Shown here piece by piece: positions 12,854 to 26,279 of a DNA stretch of 64,000 bases; position 1 is the stretch's first letter, and each line of letters begins with the position of its first letter. The position numbers were made by a program, and so were the translations under genes. The stretch lies in assembly GCF_006345805.1 (NCBI RefSeq), contig NC_043016.1:23870001-23934000 (forward strand), written 5' to 3'. Under the pieces are notes generated by a model. The model worked only from the letters and a program-made list of their open reading frames with translations. It did not search any database and was not told where the DNA came from. The stretch comes from Octopus sinensis (Eukaryota).

Positions 12854-13249
12854 TCTGCTTTTATATAAATACGTGCAGGCCAAAACAATGAGGTATAACT
12901 ACAGAATTATGTCACCCCACCTGCCAGCTTTGTTTTCCACCCATAGCATTTTTAAAATGCATATTTTTCTATAAAAGTTTTTAAGGATATATTATAGAGG
13001 GTATAAATTACAATTATCATGATAAAATTTGAAAAGAAATTCTTTTTTGAAGAGTTTCAAATCATCTCATTCCAAATTTTGATTCCCCACCCCCACTCCC
13101 GCATAAAATTTGCCAGCATAATAATGAAAGAGAAACATATTTAATAATTAAATTGTTGACATTGCACTTAACTTTCTGCAAAGATTTCTTTCAGAAAATT
13201 TTCTTCAACAAAGATGAAAATTGGCATAGGTTTCAGCTCAAATGTAAAC

Positions 13250-13422
13250 AGGCGTTGGAGTGGCTGTGTGGTAAGTTGCTTGCTTATAAACCACATAGCT
13301 CCAGGTTCAGTCCCACCGCATGGCATCTTGGGCAAGTGTCTTCTACTATAGCCTAGGGCCGACCAAAGCCTTTGAGTGGATTTAGTAGACAGAAGCTGAA
13401 AGAAGCCCGTCATATATATGTG

Positions 13423-13458
<36 letters not shown>

Positions 13459-13690
13459 TGTATGTATGTGTGTATATATGTTTGTGTGTCTGTGTTTGTT
13501 CCCCCACCATCGCTTGACAACTGATGCTGGTGTGTTTACGTCCCCATAACTTAGCAGTTCGGCAAAAGAGACCGATGAAATAAGTACTAGGCTTGCAAAG
13601 AATAAGTCCTGGGGTCGATTTGCTTGACTAAAGGCGGTGCTCCAGCATGGCCACAGTCAAATGACTGAAACAAGTAAAAGAGTAAAGAGA
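13250..13690 (+). mobile_element. Full-length dominant-family SINE
   Basis: Head, internal microsatellite and gtaaaagag tail as at 10860. Confidence 0.9.
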
Positions 13691-16149
13691 GAGTTGCAAG
13701 CATGGCCACTTTGGTTAATATGCAGTTTACTATAATAAAAACGTGAAAGTAAATTGTCCTAAAAGCATGAAACTAAACTGCAATAGAAACCTAGAGTGAC
13801 AACAGTCTGTTCCCTACATCTACATTAATCAAATTATCAAACTGAGTAACTCAATTTCTTTCTTTGGGTAGCAACTGTTATTTCTTATTTGCTTACCCCT
13901 ATAAAGTATGAAAAATGGTTAATATTTCTTTCAAACTTGACTTTTGTTATGATATTTATTCAAACCCCAAAGAATCCTCCACCACTCCTACTTATGATCA
14001 GGGATGCACATATTGTCAGCCACTAAAGGACATGTTCAAGTGGTTAAGGTCAAACAAGTGACAATTTGTGGTATTAAGAGGAATATTTGTTGTAACATGT
14101 CTTTTATACCAAGGCAAAACAATGTACATGATAACACTTCCAATCAGTTATGACCAGAAGCAACGAAAGCCACTGCTTGGTGCTGCATCAGGACATTTAT
14201 TATAATTATTATTAAGGTCAAGCAACAGACAAGAACATCTCTGGTATCAAACAGAGTACATGATTATTGATTTGCTCATCTGTAACTTGTCCTTTATCAT
14301 GTGTCAACATGCAAAAAACCAAATTGCTTTTTCTGAAGTGTTTATTGCTGGGTATACTATGTTGGAATAGTGTACCTCAGATCCTATTTCTGAAATACTT
14401 AACACTAGAATATACTGTACAGGGAGGTGCCTGTGGACATGGCATAATGAGTTTACTGGGTTTTTTAAAGAAGTTTTTGGTATATCATTTCTTATTTCTT
14501 TTGCAATTTACATTCATTTTTTTAGGGCAATTTACTTTCACTTATTTAGCAACAGTAAACTGCATGTTAACCGGGAATTTTAGTTTTGTTACTTGACCTT
14601 CAGTGGAATACCTTAATGTGAGCTCAATGAGTTTGATGCTTTATTGTTTCGCTATCCTGTGATTGAGTTTAGCAGTGGTTGAACATTATAATTTTTACAT
14701 TTCCCAAAATACCACCACAAGTTTATGGAGGTTTTTTTGCCCAAGAAATCAATGAGTAAAATTAATGTTTTGTTGGGGTAAAATAAAACAAAAACAACAT
14801 AATCACACAAAATCAGGAAAATAGCAAAACCTCATTGCTTGAGGAACTAAATTACCAACAGAATTGTGATAAATAGTTTCTTAACAGTTCAAGAACACTG
14901 AAATGCTTTATATAATTATTAGTGCTGGCAGAATCGTTAGCTCACCAGACAAAATACTCAGCGGTATTTCATTCATCTATATTTTGAGTTCAAATTCTCT
15001 CAAAGTCAGCTTTGCCTTTCATCATTTTAAGGTCAATAAAGTAAGCACCAGCTTGTGCCCATAGTAGAAAACATTATCATTATTAACTTTCCAGGGTACA
15101 AAGTTCATTTGCAACAATTATTATAAAAATATGTGACATTGTCTTTTTATAAAAAGCCATTTTGTTTTGTCTTTCTGCATTATTTTGTACACTAAAAGAA
15201 TGATTCATTTTACCATTTACATACAGTTTTGAGAGGCAAGAATTTCATTCATTCATTTATTCAATATGGACCTTTGTAATGAGTAGCTTATAAACATTTC
15301 CTCTTTATCTTACTTTAGAACATATTTGCAACTAAACTTTATATTAATTTATTTTCATCGTCATTTCTTTATATTGTTTAAAACTGAATTGAATATTAGA
15401 TAAATATTGAAAATTTATTCCAGGAAAACAGCCGTTTCTTATAAATAACTCTCCTAGGGCACAATCTTATATTATTTAACAATTTAAAATTATGAATTTT
15501 CTAAATGATTTCAAATTGTATACCAGATCCATTAGTAAAACAGCTTTCCCATATATATTTAGTCAATTGTTGATTGGATCAGTTGATGTAATATTTACAT
15601 TTATATTTATTCCTTATATCTTTACTTTTCAATATAATTTTTTTAATTTCTTTATTGCCCACAAGGGGCTAAACATGGAGGGGACAAACAAAGACAGACA
15701 AAGAGATTAGGTCAATTACATAACTGCGTAACTGGTACTTAATTTATTGACCCCGAAAGGCTGAAAGGTAAAGTCAACTTCGGCGGAATTTGAACTCAGA
15801 ACTTAATGGCAGATGAAATATCACTAAGCATTTCACCCGGCATGCTAACGTTTCTGCCAGTTTGCCATACTAGAATATGCTGTTAAATGCCAGCTTAGCA
15901 CCAAAAATTGCAAAGTGAATTGAGCTCAAAAGAACAACCCTAACGCTTCATCTGTTATGTAGGTTAGCAAGGTATTTATTGGGATATTATATAGATGGGT
16001 CCATTCAAAAGATATATTGAAGATATAACCAGCAATAAGCCTACTACTTGATCTGAGAAGCAAGGTATTGGAGACCAAAAGATGTTTCCAAAGACCTTAA
16101 AGCAGGTTTGGAATGACACAACCCTTTAAAATAAAGAGCAGGAACTACT

Positions 16150-16650
16150 GGAGGTGGTCAAACACTACTGATAAGATATAGTCAGTGTCTACTCTGGAAG
16201 TTTTTGTAGTTCTGGCATCATACATTTGGACGGATGATGCAAACTCCACTATTCAGATATTTGCAATGAGGTGGTGATCAGATGACCCAGGAGGGGCAAT
16301 GACATTTATAGTTTGATGTATATTAGGACAGTGTAGGGAATGAGATAAGTTGGAACAAGTCCAAGTAAAAGACTTGGGATGAATGAGGGAGTCACCAATG
16401 AATTCAAAAAGGGTTGAAGTAAGGCATATATCCTGAAGGCAGGCGGGGATGTGATCAGAGAGATGCAGGTGGTTTGAGATGTTAGGACAGTATCACAGGT
16501 GCAAAACTATTTTGGGGTGTAATGGTGGGAGACTTTGATAGGGAGTAGCTAGGTGTCATTATTGTTGATATGCAGGTGAAAGGCGAGAGGTGTCTATGTA
16601 AGCAGACACCACCTTTCATGGTAATGTAAAATAGAGTGTAGCTGGTACCA
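16150..16650 (-). mobile_element. Decayed CR1/L2-type LINE APE endonuclease fragment
   Basis: Reverse strand gives VIAPPGSSDHHLI (SDH motif). Confidence 0.55.
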
Positions 16651-17449
16651 GTGAGATTGGTTGACAGTTGGTGTCTTGAGAAGAATAGGATGTATGGCTT
16701 GTGTGTGGGTAAGAGATGATTGAGATCTAGATTAGAATGAAGTCCACAAAATTTGGAGATGAGGGAAAATTCTTCTGGGGATTTACTTCAGTGAAAGGGG
16801 TTATGTTTGTGAGTGAGTGTGTGTGTGTGCAGGCATGCACCCCTATTTCTCATTGCTTAACAGCTGGCTTTGGTTTCTGTTCATCCCTCCAAATTAGCAG
16901 CTTCAAAAAGAAAAAACAAAACAGATTAATAAAAACCTGACTTAAAATATGTAGTGGGATTGATTTCATCAACTAAATAACACTTCAGGCCAGTCACCCA
17001 GCAATATTATAGACCAATGACTGAAGAAAAACAAGAATGTTGATATGTATATTTTTATTGTACAAATATTTGTTAGTAAATGTAGACACTTTCAGAAATT
17101 GTTGGGTAGCTTTGATAACATCATTGTCATCAAACTTCTTTGATAATGAGGTCATTGTGATGCCTGTCTTCCTTTTCATTTGGTATTTTCATGGCTGTTA
17201 AGAGTGCCGTGGTTAACGCAGTGTTCCAGAATGGCTGCAGCGTAATCACTGAAACAAAAAAATTTAAAAAACATTTTGAAGATCATCATCATCATCATCA
17301 ACATTATTATCATTATCATTATTTGTTTTTATTTTTGTGGTGGATTGGGCTGAAAGGATTGAGTACAGATATCTTGCTCCTTGGCTGAGCCACATTCCCT
17401 TTTAGAAGCTCCACAGAGAAAGAAAAGTGAGGCTGGAGACGAAAGTGCT

Positions 17450-18420
17450 CTCCTCCAGCTTATCTCTCAAAATTGGTGACTGTGGTAAAAGTTATTAGGG
17501 TGAATAGTACTCTAAGCATACACCTGCAGATTGGAAAACAACAGGTGGCCAATGGCTTAGCCCTTTTGTGGTCAGGCTTATCCTGGATCTGTGGGGTTCC
17601 TTGATTGACCCCAGTTGAAGGCTCTCCTTGTATCAAGTGAACTGTTTCATCTACATTTTCACACATTTTGTTTGCTATCAATACTTTTTATCTCATCTCT
17701 CCTCCTTCCCTGCCTTTCTTCCACTCATCCTTTTATCATTCTACCAGTGTAAATATATATTACACTTACATGAATTGCTGGAGCAACCTTCATCAGGCCT
17801 CTTTGGGAATGAGGACCCTATAATATCTGCCTTTCTTTACAGCTGGTTAAGTTGAGGGCTGTTGAGAGTGAAGTTTCAGCATCTCCATATATGCTATTCC
17901 AAGTGTTTGCTTCTTTCTTTTAGCTTATGTTGGTTGTCACACAGGTATTTGGTGAATTAGTTGATGTTCACTTCTCCAAGAGTTCATTTTAATCTGAATC
18001 TGAACACAGACAAGATAATGAAGAAGTGGTCAGACAAGCTGTTGGATTTACTGTTGGATTAGGTTTCTCATGTGAGATTAAATTCAGTGACCAACTGGTC
18101 ATTGATGGCTTTTAAAGGGTTCATAGGTGGCCCTTTTCTCTCCGGTTAGGGCATTAAAATCCCCATTGAACACAGTAGTTTGAGTCTTGTGGAGTTTCAT
18201 CTGACCATGGGATCGATGTTGGTGGGGTTTCATTAAAACAAGCTTCCATTGATGCCTGTCTTCCATTGCAGTTGGTAGAAGTCAATGGTTGTTGAGTATA
18301 TGTCACGGCAGCTCTCCATTGCTTTGCTTTCTGTTGTATTTGGTTCTAGTGATGTCACTAGGTGAATGAATTCATTTTCACTTGTCCAAGAATGTCTACT
18401 CAATGTCAATACTGCCTTTA
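17450..18420 (-). mobile_element. Decayed LINE APE endonuclease fragment
   Basis: Reverse strand contains TTVFNGDFNA (GDFNA motif) amid stops. Confidence 0.55.
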
Positions 18421-18731
18421 GAAAAGGCCAAGGTGGGAAGGGGCCTCAGCTAAACCTACATTTTAAAAGGTAGCGTGTAATATGGATGTAAGTTGGTATC
18501 ATAGAAAGTTGAGCTGCTCATTTTAGGTATCTATATTTGGTTCCTTAGCTATGTACAACATGTACTATCCCAATCTACCTACTATCTATATCTACGATCG
18601 GCATCACCCCTACCCAACTCTATGTCCCCAGCTCTAGTGTGATTCGTGCCTAGAGCAGACATGGATATAGTTCTCCTAGAGCAGCACAGAAGGAAACCTA
18701 ACCTATGAGAACAATTGGATGACAGACTTAC

Positions 18732-19025
18732 CCTGCCCAGCTGAGCATCTACCCAAGCAGAAGAACAAGGAACCACAATACTCCTACTTGAGAGAGATGA
18801 AAAGCTGGCAACCCTAACACTAGATATGCTTTCTACAGTAGGTGAAGCAGCCCTATTATAGAGAGATCCTGTTATAGAGCTAGGATCGGGAGCAACGGCA
18901 TTCCTTTTCCTAGTGCACCGGCGGAAGAGCCTCTCGCAACCTTTCCTCAAAATAAAGAAAACGTTGGCCAGATGTCGTCCGCGATGGGCTTTCGCGGACG
19001 TGGACGAACCAGGGGTCCTCAACAT
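18732..19025 (-). CDS. Candidate first coding exon (98 aa, MLRTPGSSTSAKAHRG...AQLGR); the unspliced ORF runs on to 18582 (147 aa)
   Basis: Longest non-microsatellite, non-TE ORF in the window. ATG start, third-position A/T bias, phase-0 donor AGG|GTAAGT at 18732/18731, CpG-rich setting. Confidence 0.5.
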
Positions 19026-19220
19026 TACCTAACATTATCGAAAACACTATCTGAAACTCGGAATGAAAAAAAAAAGATTGAAAAATAGGCAGACGATAAC
19101 TTCGTATATAAACTGACGAAGTTATCAGTAAACTGACTCAAGTACAAAATATTTAACAGACAGACGATTAAACACAAAGATATCACAGATTCGTAATTAA
19201 CTAGAGACCGGTATGAACAA

Positions 19221-19429
19221 CCGGCGATCTTACGGTGCAAGTACCATAACTGCCAATTATAAACCCACGTGGGTTTGTTTACATTTCTGAAGAAAAAAGA
19301 AACCCTTTTCTCCCACCCCTAACCCTAACCCCCCATATAAAAAAATCTTTACGGAGAGTGACGATTTTCTTCTTCAAATGTAAACAAACACATGTGGCAG
19401 TTATGGTACTTGTACCGAAAGATGGCTGG
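19221..19429. mobile_element. MITE with long TIRs, CC..GG ends, ACAA 4-bp direct repeat and an internal cctaaccctaacc motif
   Basis: ccggcgatcttacggtgcaagtaccataactgcca / tggcagttatggtacttgtaccgaaagatggctgg, flanked by acaa on both sides. Confidence 0.75.
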
Positions 19430-21343
19430 ACAACATTCTCGAAGCGAATTCGAATCAGAAGTGAATTTACGATAACCTTAGTGTTATTAAGTCATAATCA
19501 CTTAGTGAATTTACGCTAACTTCTGTATTATTACGTCATAACCATTTCGTAAAAATTGTTGCGTTGGTTACTGACCTCTATGTTCTGAGTTCAAATCCTG
19601 CTGAGTTCGACTTTGTTTTCGTCTTTCTGTAGTTGTATTGCTTATGTAAAGGGTCGATTTAATCGCCTAAACCCGTTCCCTAAGTTTGAGGCTTTTTCAT
19701 GTTGATATTGAAAAACAGTAAAATTATTATAACATAAATTTTAGCCTAATTTGCTTTTGGAGAGAATTGAAAACCAAAGCACTTTTCTTAAAAATTTACA
19801 ATAAAGTTACTATTGACAATGCGATTTTACTTAACGATTATAGTGTTATATTTCCAAGAAAAACATTAAATATATTATCAATTGTAAGATATATTCGATC
19901 TTATATGGATTTCCTGTTGTAACGGTTTTCCCCAAAAGTGTTCCAATTTTAGCAATTCCAAACTCTTAGTTGTACATTTTGGCACCATGAGATGATAATA
20001 TGGGATACAAACGTAAAACTATAGAAAGACGGCGGAGTTTCCGATTTCCTTCATTATCAGATATGGTTTTCCAAGTCCCAAACTCTACCCTTTGAAATGC
20101 TTCATCATACAACCAACATTTTACCTCGCGTACCTAACATTCATTTCAGTTTTTCTTTGATGTAATTCAACATTCATCCAAATAAAACTGAAAACAGTAA
20201 ATCGTATCCTTGTTTACTTTCAGATATTATTTACTTCTTTTTTTTTTAATGAGAAATGACTTATGTATAACAAAACTCGCTTAAACGAATCTTGAGATGA
20301 AAAGAATAATCTATATGATGATAATGATAATAATAATTTTTTCTAATATTGGCAGAAGACTTGAAATTTGGGGAAGAAGGTTCATGGAGTAAATCAATTA
20401 TTCAAGTGATACTTAGGGACCCCGAAAGGATGAGAGGTAAAATTAACCTTAGCGTGATTTGTTCTGAAAACGTTAAGCTAGGGAAAAAACGCCATTAAGC
20501 ATTTTGTCTGGGATATCCTTCTGTTCAAGGTGCTATATTTAGGTTGGTCTTTTAATAGGAGCCTAAATATTGTATGTGTATGTATTTACTCCGTAGTTTG
20601 TTCCGAAGGAACTGAAGGTTCGCTCATTGTTTTGCGTTTTTCTTTTAATTTAGGTTATTTTGTTTCCCAGGGTGGAATTTTAGCTTTGTTACTTGATTTT
20701 TCAGTGGAATACCTCAATGTGAGTTCCATAGCGTATTGTTTCACTGTTTTGTGATCGAATTTAGCTGTGGTTCCACATAACTATTTTAAACTGCTGTCAC
20801 AAATTTCTGTGTGAGTCTATCTAAGAATTGAATTAGTAAAAGTTGAAGTTTTTGAATGGAAAATAAAATAGAAATAGAAATAAAATGAAAGATCTTTTCT
20901 GTTTGGCTGTCCGTCCCCTAAAAAAAAAAAATGAAAAAGAAACTACAGCGAATCCCCACTTCTTGAGCAACGAACAGTGAAATCATTTGAGTTCAAATCC
21001 TGCTGAGGTCGACTTTACTCTTCATCTTTTCAGGGGCGATAAAATAAATACCACTTGAGAACTAGGGTCGATGTGATCGACTAGCCCCTTTCCCACCAAA
21101 TTTCAGGCCTTGTGGCTATAGTCGAAAGGGTTATTAGAGCGGTAAGCTAACAATTACGCTGGAAAAAGTGCTTAGCAGCATTTCTTCCAGTTTTATATTA
21201 TGAATTCAAATGCTGCCGAGGTTGACTTTACCTTTTATCCTTTCAGGGTCGATGAAATTAGTACCAGTTGAATACTGGAGTTGATGTAATCAACTGGTCC
21301 CTAAATTTCAGGTCTTGTGTTTATGATAGAAAGAATTATTCTT

Positions 21344-21695
21344 CTTCTGTTGTGTCTGGGGAAAGTCATTTTCTTTTTGTGTCTTATAATGTAACACACT
21401 CACCGGTAAAATTTCCACTTATTTCTTATTTTTATTTTCCTGAAATTTTCGTTGCGTCTTGCAACCTTTTCAATAATCTTGACTCTGTCCGTTATTTACA
21501 CTGCATTTCTTCCTGTTTTATATTATGAATTCAAATGCTGCAGTGTAAATAACGGACAGAGTCAAGACTATTGAAAAGGTTGCAAGACGCAACGAAAATT
21601 TTAGGAAAATAAAAAAGAAATAAGTGGAAATTTTACCGGTGAGTGTGTTACATTATAAGGCACAAAAAGAAAATGACTCTCCTCAGACAACAGAA
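21344..21695. repeat. Fold-back insertion, ~160-bp arms, 34-nt spacer, degenerate HHR-like motif in each arm
   Basis: Arms 21344-21505 and 21539-21695 are near reverse complements. TTGAAAAG-GTTGC-aagac-GCAAC-GAAA. Confidence 0.85.
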
Positions 21696-23106
21696 TATGC
21701 TTCAACACACGAACTCGTATAAAGAATCTTGTAAACCAAATCCAAAAACGAAATATATTTATTCTCTTTTCAGTGTTTAAAATTCATTTTAAAGGATCTT
21801 TATAACAGTGTTTGACACTGTTCATCGATTTATAAAGAAGCTACGTTATTTTTCCAAACTCAAAAAAGATTAATTTAACCATCTTCCTACAGTTTAGAGA
21901 AGCATTAATCTTATTCGTTCGTTTCTTCCTTCAGTATGGACTTTTGTAATGAGTAGCTTATAAACATTTCCTCTTTATTTTACTTAAGAACTTATTTGTA
22001 ACTAAACTTTATATTAATTTATTTTCATCGTCATTTCTTTATATTGTTTAAAACTGAATCGAATATTAAATAAGTATTGAAAATTTATTCCAGGAAAATA
22101 AATAGAAACAGCTGTTCCTTATAAATAACTCTCATAGGGCACAATCTTACATTATTTATCCATTTAAGATGACGAATTTTCTAAATGATTTCAAATTGTA
22201 TACTAGATCCATTAGTAAAAACAGCCTTCCTATATATATTTAGTCAATTGTTAATTGGATCAGTTGATTTATATTTATTCCTTATATTTTTACTTTTCTA
22301 TATTGATGCTAGAATATACAGTTAAATATTAGTGCAGCTTTTCCTTTTTTGTTTCTGAAATTCTATTTTCACTCTATTTTCTCTTCTATGTGGAATTACA
22401 ACAGAAAAGATTAGCATTCAACCTTTTAAATGAACTGTCTAGTTTTTCCAATACTATTCTTAGTTTTCTGGATATAATAGTCAGTGATATTTTCTCTCAT
22501 TATGTATATGTTTAAATGATAATAGAAAAAGCCACATATAAATTAGTTTGTGGCATGTAAGTCTCACTAAATGAAAGCAGTTATTAATCTCTTTTTGAGG
22601 ACTCTTCTACTCTTTCCAAAAGACTCTCTGTAAAGACAATGCTAATGAACAAATATTCTTGTTCATTTTTGTCTTGCAAGTTACTTGACAACCTTTCTTG
22701 TACTGGTGGCCAGAAAAAAAAGCATCCAGTGCATGCAGTAAAATAAATGGTGCTAGGTAGGTCATCCACATGCCAAATCTGACATGGAGCATGCTGCAGC
22801 CTTGTGGCTCACTGGAACTTGTCAAACCATCCAATCTATACCAGCATGGAAAATGGAAGCTAAATGATAATGGTGATGGTGATGATGATATATTTATGCA
22901 TATCAATAAGCACATATAGAGGCTGTTAACTCTCTATATAGTATGATCACCTTTTATCATATGCCACCCTTTTTTTTACTTTGCAAATGTAGTGTCTCCT
23001 TGTAAGAGGTTACCCTAATGATGAATATATCCTCTATTATATAAAAGACAAGAATCCAACCCCTTAGACAACACTGCCTCCCACCTACTTTACACATATG
23101 ACATAC

Positions 23107-23208
23107 ATCTGAGGTTGAACAGGTGGTAGTATTTCGTTGCTGAGTATGCACCTGATATTCAGATGGCCACCATGAAATGTCCGCTGTCTGCTTGTGGTTC
23201 AAGAAATT
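23107..23208 (-). CDS. Candidate 102-nt exon (NFLNHKQTADISWWPSEYQVHTQQRNTTTCSTSD)
   Basis: catctAG acceptor, GAT|GTATGT donor, multiple of 3, open in phase 0. Confidence 0.35.
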
Positions 23209-23482
23209 CTAGATGTAACTTCACAAGGGATTGAAATTAAATATATAAAATAGTAGAGTGCAAGAAAATGCTTAATAAATCATATTTTATAGTAATAAAA
23301 TGCTTATGCAACGTTGTTGACACTTTAAATGTTTAAAACTATTAAACTGTCAACAAGTGAAGAAACAGCAAAGCACAATAGTCATATGTCAGAAAAGAGC
23401 TAATTTAAGCCATGTACACACACAATTTCTCTACCTCTCTCTCACACCCACACACACACACACACACACACGCACAAAGACA

Positions 23483-24537
23483 TTGGGTCATCTTGTAAAT
23501 AATGCAATTTTTTTATACTTCTTCTATTTTTCAAAATTAAGATAAACAAAGTTCTTTTTTAATCTAAAATATACTCTCCTTCCTTTTCTGCAATGTTCTT
23601 CCATCTATATGTAGACTAGCAAGGCCCCTCTTCCAAAATTCACTTGTCCATGATGAAAAATACTCTTCCAGTACTGTTCTGACCTCATCTACAGAATTCA
23701 TATCTTTTCTGTCCAAATGATTTTGAAGACTGTGGAATAAATGATAATCAGATAGGGGCAATGTCTAGCGAATATAGTGGGTGGGGCATCATTTCCCATT
23801 CAAACTGCTCCAACCTTTGAAATGTCATCTTTTGCTGTATGTGGCTAAGCATTATCCTGATAGGAGAACATCTTTTGTCTTGAAACCAAAGATGGTCACT
23901 TTTTCTTCCAGCACTTATTTAAGCCACTCTCACCACCATTCAGTCCAAAAAAGGTTCATTTGTGAGACATGACAGCAAAGAAGAGTACACATTCACTCTC
24001 TGCATGTGATTAGACTCGGAAAGTTTGTGAGGAACGCATTGAACTAATTTGCTAACTTTTCTGATGGCACACAGGTGTCAATGAATGGTTGATTGACCAA
24101 ATCCAAGTTTCTCTGCTAGTTCCTCAACAGTTATGATGGGATTTTGTTCCATCAAGGTTTCCAGGATGAGGTGCATCTTCTAGGCTATAGTTTCCAGCTC
24201 GGAATGCGTGGAACCACCGTTGACACTGGTTTACACTACTGTCCGATGCCCATATACTGCATTAATATTCCTTGCATTTTCCGTTGCGTTGTTGGTCTTT
24301 ATTGAACTCATACAGCAAAATATGCGGAATATGCTCCTTTGTCACTTTCATTATAGATTTGAAAAAAATAATTGTTAAAATCGAACTGCACTCTTCAAAA
24401 CTTGCACAAAGAACAAGGACAAAATAAAATTACTACCTGCTGTTATAGCAAGCTGATCCAAGTAGTTTATCCCCTCTCCCTGCAACTTTTAGTTCATGTA
24501 ATAGAAAAAAAACTGCATTATTTATGTAATGACCTGA
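23483..24537 (-). mobile_element. Decayed mariner with both TIRs, 1055 bp
   Basis: TIRs ttgggtcatcttgtaaataatgca / tgcattatttatgtaatgacctga|TA. Transposase remnant DYHLFHSLQNHL; homologous to 1-517. Confidence 0.9.
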
Positions 24538-26279
24538 TACATAGCTATATAGATATTTAGAGAGAGAAATAAATAGTAAAGATAAATAGAGAAAGACAGG
24601 CAGGCAGGCAGGCAGACAGACAGATAAATAGATAGGCAGGCAGGCAGGTGGGCAGGTAGACAGACAGATATAGTGACAGTGAGACAGAAAAGCAGGCAGA
24701 CAGCTGAATAGATAGAGAGGGAAACAGAGAGATAGGCAAATAGACAGACAGATAGACAGTGAGATAGATAGATAGACAGATAGATAGATAGATAGCTAGA
24801 TGGATAGATAGACAGATAGTTAGACAGGCAGGTAGGTAAGTATGTATGTAGGTAGGTAGATAGGTAGGTATATAATTTGTAGATAGGTAGGTATATAATT
24901 TGTATGCAACACTATAATAATATTATAAATTCATGTGTCCCCCAATCCACTGCCTTTCTCCCAATGCCTCCGTTTTTGCTACTGCCCCACTCAGACACCA
25001 GTACCCACCTGGACCCTCTAAACGCCCACGGGGGAGGGAGAGGGCAATAGCGCCCACTTTGAGAACCTATGCTTTAGGGTATTTGAAAATCAACCTCTAC
25101 TTCACCAAGCAGGTTTGGCAGGCAGGGCTTACTGGTTTAGTCATCATTAGCTTAAATATTCACAGATTATAGTGGTGTACTAAGTTAGCAAAAGCAGGTT
25201 TCTGATTATCAAATTCCTGATCTGAAGTAAAATGTACAAAATATTGTGTGTGTGTGTGTCTAGCTATTAATCTCTCTATCTGTCTTTGTATACCATCATC
25301 ATCATAATCATCATATAATGTCCTCCTATACTGGCATAGGTTGTAGGGTTTGACAGCAGGTAACCAGTCAGAAGACTGCCAGGTCCTACTGACTGCTTTG
25401 ACATTGTTTCTATGACTAGATGCCCTTCCTAATGCCAACCACTTTACAAAGTGTGCTGGGTACTTTTTACGAAGCACTAGCAGTAGTGACGTCACCAAGT
25501 AACTTGCAAGACAAGACTCCTCTAACTTGAGGAGGTGGCTTTGTGCCAGGAGATGTGAGGTTAATTTATGAATAGAGGGACAGGAAATAGGTGTCTTGCA
25601 TTAGGGGAGATATATGGTTACATCGTTAAGAAAGAGAGAGAAGTATATACCCAAGTTACAGGGAAGTGGACCAGGATTGGAGAGGCTGGTTGAGTTCTTG
25701 AGATTGTGAAAGGAGAGTGGATGGTGGAGGGGAGAGGATGTAACATGTGGACACAGCTAAAGAGATGAGGTGTTAGGAAAATGTTGTGAAGAAGAAGTTT
25801 AACAGGGATATATTGTATGTAGGTAGGTTCATGAGTGTATGAAAGGAGAATGGAGGATAGAGGAAAAGGGAATACAGCAAGTGAGATGGGGTAGGAGTTA
25901 GGAAGATGGGTTGTTTGGAATAAGTTAGGGACACCTTGTGTGCAGGGGTGTGGACATAAATGACATGTCTTTACGGCCTTGATTTTTATTTAGCTGGACA
26001 TGTTTTCTCAAGCGCAACAACTCACAAATCATCTCAATCCTATGCTATCTCCTCTGTGAAGATCAATATTTTGATCATTTTTCACCACTTTATCCCACAT
26101 GTTCCTGGGTTTTCTTCTACAGGTTCCCTCCACATTTAGAGATCAACACATCTTTATGCAGCTGTCCTCATCCATAAACAACACATGACCATACCAGTTC
26201 AGTCTTCTTTCTTGTACACAACAGCTGAAGATTTGTATACTCAATTTTCTCTCATATACATATATATGTATATATGCGT

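Larger units (their letters stand above)
18880..21700. promoter_or_regulatory. CpG-retaining region, probable unmethylated promoter/intergenic domain
   Basis: Visibly more CG dinucleotides than the flanks (judged by eye, not counted); sits upstream of the candidate first exon. Confidence 0.45.

Noticed and set aside
18960-19030. Possible HDV-like ribozyme at a LINE 5' end
   Set aside because: The nested double-pseudoknot order (P1, P1.1, J4/2) could not be fitted.
19460-19550. Two ~45-bp direct repeats, and other short arrays (45410-45520, 51640-51710), as CRISPR-like
   Set aside because: Eukaryotic context, no unique spacers and no cas genes; they are simple tandem duplications.
23107-23208. 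In-frame TGA in an alternative frame (MVAI*ISGAY) as possible selenocysteine
   Set aside because: It matches no selenoprotein motif I know, I saw no SECIS, and another frame is fully open.
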